From Polyangiaceae bacterium (lineage in GTDB: Bacteria; Myxococcota_A; Polyangia; Polyangiales; Polyangiaceae), in contig DASXHD010000111.1 in the NCBI GenBank assembly GCA_036488725.1, positions 1 to 16,759 of the forward strand: DNA of 16,759 nt, written 5' to 3'. The notes below the pieces were generated by a model. It worked only from the letters and a program-made list of their open reading frames with translations. It had not been told where the DNA came from and searched no databases. Below are positions 10,837 through 16,759 of this stretch, piece after piece. Both the position numbers and the translations under genes were made by a program. Within the stretch, counting starts at the first letter, position 1; the number at the start of each line of letters is the position of its first letter.

Positions 10837-10850
10837 ATCGAGCGCGTCCG

Positions 10851-11462
10851 ATGGGGCGCGTGCTCTTTTCGATTCTCGGTCCGAATCGCTGCGCGGCGTG
10901 CGATGCGCCGGCGCGCGAAGAAGTCGTCTTTTGTCCGGGTTGCGCGGCGACGGTCGAACGATCGAGCGATCCGCGCGCGCCGTTCGTGTACGGCGGCGCG
11001 ATGTCGAACGCGATCACGCGATTCAAATACGGTCCAACGCCCGAGCTCGCGCGGCCGCTCGGCGCGCTCCTCGCGGCCGAAGCTCGTGGGCGATTCGATC
11101 ACGTCGACGCGGTCGTGCCGGTGCCGCTTCATCCGTCGCGTCTCTTCGAGCGAGGCTTCAACCAAGCGGTGCTTCTCGCGCGGCCGGTCGCGCGGGCGCT
11201 CGGCGTTCCGCTTCGTGCGCGCGCACTGGCGCGTACACGACCGACCGAACGCCAAGCCGAGCTCGATCGCAGCGCGCGCCTTCAAAACGTCGCAGGCGCT
11301 TTTCGTGCGCGGCGACCGACGAACGAACGAATTTTGCTGATCGACGACGTGAGAACGACGGGCGCCACGCAAAACGCTTGTGCCGAAGCCCTGCGTGGTG
11401 CGGGCTCGCCGCGCGTGGATTGCCTCGTTCTCGCCATCGCGCCGGCAATGGCATACCCTTAG
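10851..11462 (+). CDS. ComF-family protein (double zinc-ribbon plus phosphoribosyltransferase domain)
   Basis: 203 aa. N-terminal CAACDAP...CPGC is two CxxC pairs forming a zinc ribbon. The C-terminal PRTase fold ends ERILLIDDVRTTGATQNACAEAL, a PRPP-binding loop. This is ComFC/GntX-like. The real ATG at 10851 lies inside track ORF 10386..11462. Confidence 0.8.
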   Translation: MGRVLFSILGPNRCAACDAPAREEVVFCPGCAATVERSSDPRAPFVYGGAMSNAITRFKYGPTPELARPLGALLAAEARGRFDHVDAVVPVPLHPSRLFERGFNQAVLLARPVARALGVPLRARALARTRPTERQAELDRSARLQNVAGAFRARRPTNERILLIDDVRTTGATQNACAEALRGAGSPRVDCLVLAIAPAMAYP

Positions 11463-11477
11463 ATATCTCCTCTCCCC

Positions 11478-14135
11478 GTGAGCAATCAGACCGAATGGCG
11501 GTGGGCCGATCCGGCCGGACAGCAGCGTCTCGTCCGTGAAGACGAGCTGCGTGCTGCGCTCAGGAGCGGCGCGATTCCGGCGAACGCGCCGGTCTGGACG
11601 CGCGGGTGGAAGGCTTGGCGGCCGGCCAACGAGGTCGCGGAGCTGACGGGAAAAATCGAGGCGCCGGCCAATGGCGCCGACGTGCCGCCGCCGCCGAATT
11701 TCATCGTCGCCGCGCAAGACGCATTCGAAGGAAAGCCCGCGCCCGCGCCGACGGGTCCCGCGGAGCCGCCCGCGCCGCCGCGTTACGTGCCGATCGCGCC
11801 GACGACGCAGCCGCAGATCCCGAAGGCGCCGAATTCGGACACGCGCGTCGACGCGAAAGTGGCGCCCTTGCCGAGCCCGAAGCCGCCGACGTCACTGCCG
11901 CCGACCGTCCAAGCGCGGCCCCCGACGAAAGCGCCGCCGCCGCTCCCGCCGGCCGCGCGCAACGCCGCGAAAAAGAGCAGCGCGCCGCCGCCGCTGCCGC
12001 CAGCAGCGAAACGATCGCAGCCGACGATGAAGGCGACGCCCGCGCCGCCGAAGGTCGCGACGAGCGCGGCGACGAACCTCGCGAAGACCGCGCCGTCACC
12101 GGGCACGACGACCAAGCCGATGCATCCGGCGCAGCCGAGCGCGTTCACGCACACGCAGCGTCCGCCCGCGGGTGTGGCGCCGCCCGCGGGCGCGCTCTCG
12201 TCGCCGCCTTCCGGGCGGACCACGCTTCAAGTCGCGCCGGCGCCCCCGCCGATGCCGAAGCTCGATCCGATGCCGAGCGCGCCGCAGCCGCCGCCCAAGG
12301 AGGCGAGCAGCAAGTTTCCGACGCTGCTCATGTTCGACGAGGCGCCGAGCGCGCTGCCGCCGCCGCCGACGACGCCCGATGAGGAGACCGAAGAAGCGCC
12401 GCCGATCGTCGTGCCGCCGCCCGAGCCGAGCAACATGACGAACGCCGTCACGCGTCCGCCGCCCTGGGGCGAAGGCGCCGTCGAGATGGACACGCGCATT
12501 CCCAAGTCGCCGGCGGTGCCGGCCGTCGGGAGCGAGACGCGGCCGTCGGACGCGCCGCCGCGGCCGGTCGAGCTGAGCTCGTCCGATTTGACGTCGGAGG
12601 CGCGCATCGAGGTCGTGAAGGCGGCGCCGCTCGCGCCCGCCGAGCGACCGCACGCGACGATGCAAGGCCTCGGGCCGGGCGCGCTCGGAGAAAATCGCGC
12701 GCTGCTCGAAAAAGCGATTCATGCGTCGCCGCCGCCCGCGCCGCTCTCTGCGAGCGACGTCGCTTCGACGACGAAGTGGCAAGCGCAATCCGAAGACGTG
12801 CCGGAGCCTGCGCCGATTCCGCCTTCGCCGAGCGGCGCGAAGCTTCACGATCTGCGCGCGATTGCGGCGCAGCGCGCGCAGGGAGCCGCCGAGCGCGCGC
12901 GTCACGCGTGGGATGATCTCCGCGAGCGCACGAAAGACAAGCCGCGTTGGTTCTTGCCGGTGATCGCGGGAACCTCGGCGTGCGTGCTCGTCATTCTTTT
13001 CGCGGCCGGCGTGAAAGAGCTCATGGGCTCCGGATCGACCGCGTCCAGCGCAGCGACCACGGCCACGACCACGGCGCCCGCGACGGCCACGGCAGCGACG
13101 ACGGCCGCGGCCACGGTCGCGACGACCGCGCCAGTCGCGCCCGCGCGCCCGATGGAGTGCACGACCGCCGGCTCGCCGCGGACCGTCGCGCCGAAAGCGC
13201 TCGTCGGGAGCGGCGTGGAGGTCACCGACGTCGGAGGAAAAGTCGCGCTCGGCTTCGCGGCTGCGCCGAAAGAAGCGACGCTCGAAATCGTCGATCCCCA
13301 GACGACCGCGTCGCTCGGGTCGCTTCATCTTCCCGAAAACGCGAAAGTGCGTCGCGTCGTCGCGCTCGACGACAAGAAGATGGCGGTCGATCTCGATCGC
13401 AAAGGCGATCCGCTGCAAGGCCGCCGCACGCTCCGCGCGGCGACGCCGATCGATCTGGGCGCGACCGAAGACGGGCTCGCGTGGGCGCCGCTCGCGAGCG
13501 ACAAGAGCGTGAAGCTTTGGCCGCTCCCGAGCGCGGATCAACCCGTCGAATCGCTGCGCGGCGAGCCGCTACCCAACGCCGCGGGATTCGCGATCGCGTT
13601 TCGTCACGCGGGCGCGATTTGGTTCGGCGCGTTCGGAGGCACGCCGCCGGCGCCGCTCGGTTCGCTCCTGCACGTCGACGGCCTCGGGCCGAAGATCGGC
13701 TCGCCCGCGGTCGCTGCGAGCGGCGATCGCATGATGGTCGCGTGGGCCGACCGCGCGACGAAAGACGATCCGTGGTCGGTGCGCTACGCGTTCTTCCGCC
13801 CGAGCGACGCGACGGCGCAGTCCAAGACGTTCAGCCTCGGCGGCGGTGCGCCCGAGCGCGCGATGTCGCCTTCGCTCGCGCCGCTCGGTGGCGGCCGCTT
13901 CCTCTTCGTGTGGACCGGGTGCCCCGAAGGCGTGGCGTGCCAAGTGCGCGGCGTCGTCTTCAACGCCGACGGCACGACGACCGCGCCGTTCACCGCGTCG
14001 TCCGAGGACGTCAACGCCGGCCAAGGCCAAGCCGCCGTGCTCGCCGACGGTCGCGGCGTCGTCGCGTTCCTCGCGGCGACCGGCAAGCACAGCTTCGAAG
14101 TGCACGCGACGCCCATCCACTGCGCGGAGAAATAG
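11478..14135 (+). CDS. Bitopic membrane protein: N-terminal DUF4339 (GYF-like) domain, ~430-aa Pro-rich cytoplasmic tract, one transmembrane helix, Thr/Ala linker, ~330-aa beta-rich repeated periplasmic domain
   Basis: 885 aa with a GTG start. Residues 5-57 EWRWADPAGQQRLVREDELRAALRSGAIPANAPVWTRGWKAWRPANEVAEL match the DUF4339 pattern W..ad..Gqq.gp.s..eL..l..sG.i.p.t.VW..GM..W.pa.ev.eL. Residues 60-490 are 25-30% Pro with PPPLPPAA repeats. The transmembrane helix is WFLPVIAGTSACVLVILFAAGV (aa 491-511). The Thr/Ala linker spans aa 521-556. The C-terminal domain has three ~45-aa repeats (..GDRMMVAWADR.., ..GGGRFLFVWTGCPEG.., ..DGRGVVAFLAATGKH..). Confidence 0.8.
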   Translation: MSNQTEWRWADPAGQQRLVREDELRAALRSGAIPANAPVWTRGWKAWRPANEVAELTGKIEAPANGADVPPPPNFIVAAQDAFEGKPAPAPTGPAEPPAPPRYVPIAPTTQPQIPKAPNSDTRVDAKVAPLPSPKPPTSLPPTVQARPPTKAPPPLPPAARNAAKKSSAPPPLPPAAKRSQPTMKATPAPPKVATSAATNLAKTAPSPGTTTKPMHPAQPSAFTHTQRPPAGVAPPAGALSSPPSGRTTLQVAPAPPPMPKLDPMPSAPQPPPKEASSKFPTLLMFDEAPSALPPPPTTPDEETEEAPPIVVPPPEPSNMTNAVTRPPPWGEGAVEMDTRIPKSPAVPAVGSETRPSDAPPRPVELSSSDLTSEARIEVVKAAPLAPAERPHATMQGLGPGALGENRALLEKAIHASPPPAPLSASDVASTTKWQAQSEDVPEPAPIPPSPSGAKLHDLRAIAAQRAQGAAERARHAWDDLRERTKDKPRWFLPVIAGTSACVLVILFAAGVKELMGSGSTASSAATTATTTAPATATAATTAAATVATTAPVAPARPMECTTAGSPRTVAPKALVGSGVEVTDVGGKVALGFAAAPKEATLEIVDPQTTASLGSLHLPENAKVRRVVALDDKKMAVDLDRKGDPLQGRRTLRAATPIDLGATEDGLAWAPLASDKSVKLWPLPSADQPVESLRGEPLPNAAGFAIAFRHAGAIWFGAFGGTPPAPLGSLLHVDGLGPKIGSPAVAASGDRMMVAWADRATKDDPWSVRYAFFRPSDATAQSKTFSLGGGAPERAMSPSLAPLGGGRFLFVWTGCPEGVACQVRGVVFNADGTTTAPFTASSEDVNAGQGQAAVLADGRGVVAFLAATGKHSFEVHATPIHCAEK
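11931..12008 (+). repeat. In-frame tandem duplication encoding APPPLPPAA(R/K) twice (27-nt units, ~80% identical, 24-nt spacer)
   Basis: 11931-11957 gcgccgccgccgctcccgccggccgcg versus 11982-12008 gcgccgccgccgctgccgccagcagcg. Translated: PTKAPPPLPPAARNAAKKSSAPPPLPPAAKRS. Confidence 0.6.
13038..13145 (+). repeat. Low-complexity (ACS-GCS)n tract encoding a Thr/Ala-rich linker just outside the transmembrane helix
   Basis: Translates to SSAATTATTTAPATATAATTAAATVATTAPVAPARP. The nucleotide sequence is dominated by acg/gcc/gcg/acc triplets. Confidence 0.6.
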
Positions 14136-14966
14136 ATGCAACATACACGCACCTCGTTCTTCGTCGGTTTGGTTCTCTGCGCGAGCTGCGCGCTCTTCGA
14201 GCCGCAGTCGAAAATCCGCGCGGGCGAAGCCTTCACGACCGGGCAAGCGCAGTACGACGACTATTTCGGCAAAGTGCACACGCTGCAGCTCGCCGCGGCG
14301 AGCTGGGCCGATCAAAAGAAAGCGACGCGCCGCAACTTGATCGACGCGCTCAAGATCGCGACCGATGCGCCCGACGTGACCATCGTCGAGGCGACGCACG
14401 AGCGCATGGTCGCCGCGGCACACATCGTCGGCTCGACGCACCTCGAGCTCCGCGAGGACGAAGGCAAGCTCGTCGTCGCCGCCGAAGGACGCGCCGACGG
14501 TCCGACGCAAGATTTCTTGAAGGCGGTGCGCGCGACGATCGACGGCGAGATGAAGCGCAAGCGCGACATGCAGGACGTTCCGCAAAAGTGCGACGACCTC
14601 GCGAAGGCCGGGCGCGATCTCGAGCCGCACGTGAAAGACGACTTCTTCCGCCAGGGCGGCACGATGATGGCCGACGTCCACGACGAGATCGAAGCGTCGT
14701 TCGACGTGCTCGGGCAGCTTTCGAAGACCGCGCGCATCGAGAAGCGCGAGACCGAGGACTTCGTCGCGGATCTCGCGCGTGCCGTCGAGGCGAGCCCGGG
14801 CGAGCCGATTCACACGACCGTGATCGCGCCGACGACGACGACGAGCCACCCGGCTTCACATCCGAAGCCGCCTCCGGTCGCCGAAACCGCGCCGGTCGCA
14901 CCGAAGCCGAAACCCAAGCCGAAGCCGCAACCCGCCGGCGGCGGCGGCGACGACTTCAATCCCTAA
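14136..14966 (+). CDS. Putative lipoprotein with acidic helical body and C-terminal (KP)4 / Pro-rich tail
   Basis: 276 aa. MQHTRTSFFVGLVLCASC|ALF matches the PROSITE lipobox for Cys18. The ATG directly abuts the TAG of the upstream gene (gagaaaTAGATG) with GGAG 7 nt upstream, suggesting coupled translation. The C-terminus is HPKPPPVAETAPVAPKPKPKPKPQPAGGGGDDFNP; the KP repeat is at 14901..14933. Confidence 0.75.
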   Translation: MQHTRTSFFVGLVLCASCALFEPQSKIRAGEAFTTGQAQYDDYFGKVHTLQLAAASWADQKKATRRNLIDALKIATDAPDVTIVEATHERMVAAAHIVGSTHLELREDEGKLVVAAEGRADGPTQDFLKAVRATIDGEMKRKRDMQDVPQKCDDLAKAGRDLEPHVKDDFFRQGGTMMADVHDEIEASFDVLGQLSKTARIEKRETEDFVADLARAVEASPGEPIHTTVIAPTTTTSHPASHPKPPPVAETAPVAPKPKPKPKPQPAGGGGDDFNP

Positions 14967-16249
14967 TTCCGGGCGAATTTCTCGGACGGGAACTTCTGCG
15001 ATGCGGCTTCGAGGTGCGTCGCGACCATGTCGGCGGTGATCGTGATCGGCAAGAGGTCGCGCGTGCCGTCGGGCATCACGATGAGGTAGACCGGGATGCC
15101 GGTGCGACCCGTCGTGTCGAGGAGCGCCGAGAGCTCGTCGTTGTCGTTCGTCATGTCGACGCGCATCGGGAGGATGTTCGTCTTGCTGAGCGCGCCGCGG
15201 ACCGTGTCGGTCTCGATGAACGCGTGCTCGTTCGCTTTGCACGTCGCGCACCACTCGGCCGTGAAATCGAGCAGCACGGGCCGCCCGCGCTTTCCTTCGG
15301 CCTTCACCCGGCTCGCGTCGTACGGCGTCCACGCGATGTGACCGTCGACGATCACCGGCGGGTCCATCGAGCCCTTCGCGACCGGAACGTCGGCCGCGAT
15401 CGCGACCGTCGGCTTCACGAACGAGATCGACCAGTAGCCGACGAGCACGAGCGCGCCGACTTGCACGCCGCGCACGATCCAACGACGCGCGGGCTCGGCC
15501 GCGACGCCGCCGTAACGATTGCCGAACCAGAGCGCGACCGCGAGCGCGAGGAGGAAGATGAGGAACGAGTTCGACGACGCCGGCGTCACCTGCACTTGGA
15601 GCGTGCGGAACAGCCAAATCGCGGTGCCGAAGAGCGCGAAGCCCATCACCGTCTTGACCGTCTCCATCCAGCGGCCGGGCCGCGGGAGGATTTTCGAGAA
15701 CGACGGGATGAACGTGATGATGAGATACGGAAGCGCGAGCCCGACACCGATGAACGCGAAGATGAGGATCGTCTTCCACGCGGGCACGTCGGAGCCGAGC
15801 GCGACTGCGGCGGCGGTGCCGAGGAACGGCGCCGAGCACGGCGTCGAGAGGAGCGCGGCGAAGAGACCGTTCACGACCGAGCCGAGGAACTTGTCGTCGT
15901 CGCCGCCCTCGGCGCCCGACGACACGTTGAGCTCGAACACGCCGACCGAGTTCAGCGCGAACGCGAAGACGATCGCGGTCATCGTGGCGACGAAGGCGGG
16001 GTGCTGAAACTGCATGCCCCAACCGAGCCTGTGGCCCGACGCCTTCACGGCGATGATCACGACCGCGAGCGCGATGAACAGGCTCATCGTGCCGATCGTG
16101 TAGGCGATGCCGTGCATCCGGCGCTTGTGCGCGTCGTGGCGCGCGTGGTCGACGACGCTCATCGCTTTGAGCGCGAGCACCGGCAAGACGCACGGCATCA
16201 CGTTCAAGATGAGTCCGCCAAGGAGAGCGAGGGCGAGTGTCGCGATCAT
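14963..16249 (-). CDS. dsbD: DsbD-family thiol:disulfide interchange protein, beta (CcdA-like TM) plus gamma (thioredoxin) domains, no alpha domain
   Basis: 428 aa. Transmembrane Cys motifs NVMPCVLPVL and LSTPCSAPFL are DsbD/CcdA hallmarks. The C-terminal thioredoxin domain has WCATC. The protein begins directly with a transmembrane helix (MIATLALALLGGLIL), so there is no N-terminal periplasmic alpha domain. Its stop TAG (cta at 14963-14965) overlaps the TAA of the convergent lipoprotein gene (14964-14966). Confidence 0.85.
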   Translation of the reverse strand: MIATLALALLGGLILNVMPCVLPVLALKAMSVVDHARHDAHKRRMHGIAYTIGTMSLFIALAVVIIAVKASGHRLGWGMQFQHPAFVATMTAIVFAFALNSVGVFELNVSSGAEGGDDDKFLGSVVNGLFAALLSTPCSAPFLGTAAAVALGSDVPAWKTILIFAFIGVGLALPYLIITFIPSFSKILPRPGRWMETVKTVMGFALFGTAIWLFRTLQVQVTPASSNSFLIFLLALAVALWFGNRYGGVAAEPARRWIVRGVQVGALVLVGYWSISFVKPTVAIAADVPVAKGSMDPPVIVDGHIAWTPYDASRVKAEGKRGRPVLLDFTAEWCATCKANEHAFIETDTVRGALSKTNILPMRVDMTNDNDELSALLDTTGRTGIPVYLIVMPDGTRDLLPITITADMVATHLEAASQKFPSEKFARN

Positions 16250-16353
16250 CAGTGACCTCTACGTTGGCTTTTGCAAGGCTCAGGCCTCACGAGGAGTGAG
16301 CTTAGCACGAGAAAACCGCGAGAAAAGCGGCGTGGTTCGCTTCGGATCCAGGA

Positions 16354-16759
16354 TCAGTGTTCCGCCATTTTCGCCAGCGTGGCCTTCGCCATCTTGAGCT
16401 CCGGCTCGAGCGCAATCGCGGTCGGCGCAGGTGACGACTCGGTGCGTCGAACGAACGCGTCGAGATACTGTCGAGCCGCGCGAAACTCGCGCGCGGCGTA
16501 GGCGAGATGGCCGAGCACGAACCGGCCGTAGCCTTGTCCGCACGGCGCGGCCGCGAGATCGTCGATCGCGCCCTGCACATCCGTGTCGTGCACGCCGGCC
16601 GCGATGCGAACGAGCGCGAGCTGCGCACGGTAGAGCGGTCTGTCGGTCGTCGCCCATCGAACGGCGCGCTCGAGCGCAGCCGCTGATTCTTCGTAGCGCT
16701 CGGCGTGGAAGAGCGTCGAGCCGAGCGTCCACCAATGAAACGATCGGCGTGACGCGGGC
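16354..16759 (-). CDS. TPR-like repeat protein, C-terminal fragment (5' end beyond the window)
   Basis: My own minus-strand translation. The track lists 79 aa from GTG 16593, but the frame stays open to the window edge: ...FHAERYEESAAALERAVRWATTDRPLYRAQLALVRIAAGVHDTDVQGAIDDLAAAPCGQGYGRFVLGHLAYAAREFRAARQYLDAFVRRTESSPAPTAIALEPELKMAKATLAKMAEH. Helical-repeat (TPR-like) periodicity is visible and third codon positions are GC-rich. Confidence 0.55.
   Translation of the reverse strand, partial: PASRRSFHWWTLGSTLFHAERYEESAAALERAVRWATTDRPLYRAQLALVRIAAGVHDTDVQGAIDDLAAAPCGQGYGRFVLGHLAYAAREFRAARQYLDAFVRRTESSPAPTAIALEPELKMAKATLAKMAEH

Noticed and set aside
10386-10850. Upstream part of track ORF 10386..11462 and ORFs 10273..10830(-), 10737..11717(-)
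   Set aside because: Arg-rich junk overlapping the small secreted-protein gene. ComF homology starts at the ATG at 10851.
11606-13541. ORFs 11606..12382(+), 11671..12030(+), 11783..12223(-), 12096..13541(-) and 12172..12438(+) inside the Pro-rich region
   Set aside because: They are alternative-frame readings of (CCG/GCG)n-rich DNA, which stays open in every frame. Only the 11478 frame has a DUF4339 start, a transmembrane helix and a structured C-terminal domain.
12947-16255. 1102-aa plus-strand ORF, plus 13569..14849(-) and 14856..16193(-)
   Set aside because: Poly-Arg/Asp junk running antisense through the lipoprotein gene and dsbD. dsbD (14963..16249, minus) has unmistakable CcdA/thioredoxin motifs.
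16281-16312. CIRCE-like fragment gagtgagcTTAGCACgag upstream of dsbD
   Set aside because: Only a half-site is present. There is no inverted partner GAGTGCTAA at the 9-nt spacing, and it is not positioned before grpE/dnaK.
16300-16345. Possible intrinsic terminator on the minus strand after the TPR gene (ccgcttttctcgcggttttct)
   Set aside because: The stem is only 4-5 bp and the T-tract is interrupted. That is too weak to call in a high-GC genome.
16280-16735. 151-aa and 108-aa minus-strand ORFs at the right edge
   Set aside because: Both are Arg-rich frames. The third minus frame (16354..16759) gives TPR-like helical-repeat sequence with GC-rich third positions, so I kept that one.

Overview
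The window is high-GC (~70%) and densely coding. Codon usage, TTG/GTG starts and a DUF4339-type domain point to a Myxococcota-like chromosome; this attribution is an inference. I find 12 real genes. The many other long ORFs in the six-frame track are Arg-rich antisense or out-of-frame artefacts of the GC content.

Minus strand at the left: a TamB-family gene (DUF490 C-terminus) runs 5845..1436. Its 3' end overlaps by 14 nt the TTG start of an Omp85/BamA-like gene. I found that gene by translating the minus strand myself; it is not in the ORF track. It has a signal peptide and tandem POTRA domains and runs off the window.

Plus strand, nine genes in a row with gaps of 23 nt or less (5945..14966): a SpoU/TrmH-family RNA methyltransferase, then grpE overlapping it as ATGA, then dnaK; a LeuA/HMGL-type DRE-TIM enzyme lacking the LeuA C-terminal regulatory domain; a small secreted protein; a ComF-family phosphoribosyltransferase; an 885-aa protein built as DUF4339/GYF-like domain, ~430-aa proline-rich PPLP tract, one transmembrane helix, Thr/Ala linker and a repeated beta-rich periplasmic domain; and a lipoprotein with a (KP)4 tail whose ATG abuts the previous stop.

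Minus strand at the right: a DsbD beta+gamma gene (no alpha domain) overlaps the lipoprotein gene stop-to-stop, followed by a partial TPR gene.

I see no tRNA or rRNA genes, no CRISPR array and no mobile element. The best candidate for an undescribed system is the GYF/Pro-rich membrane protein together with the (KP)n lipoprotein, possibly with the ComF-like gene upstream.

Coordinates follow the ORF track. At one place (~9060-9120) my hand count of the printed sequence disagreed with the track by 1 nt.
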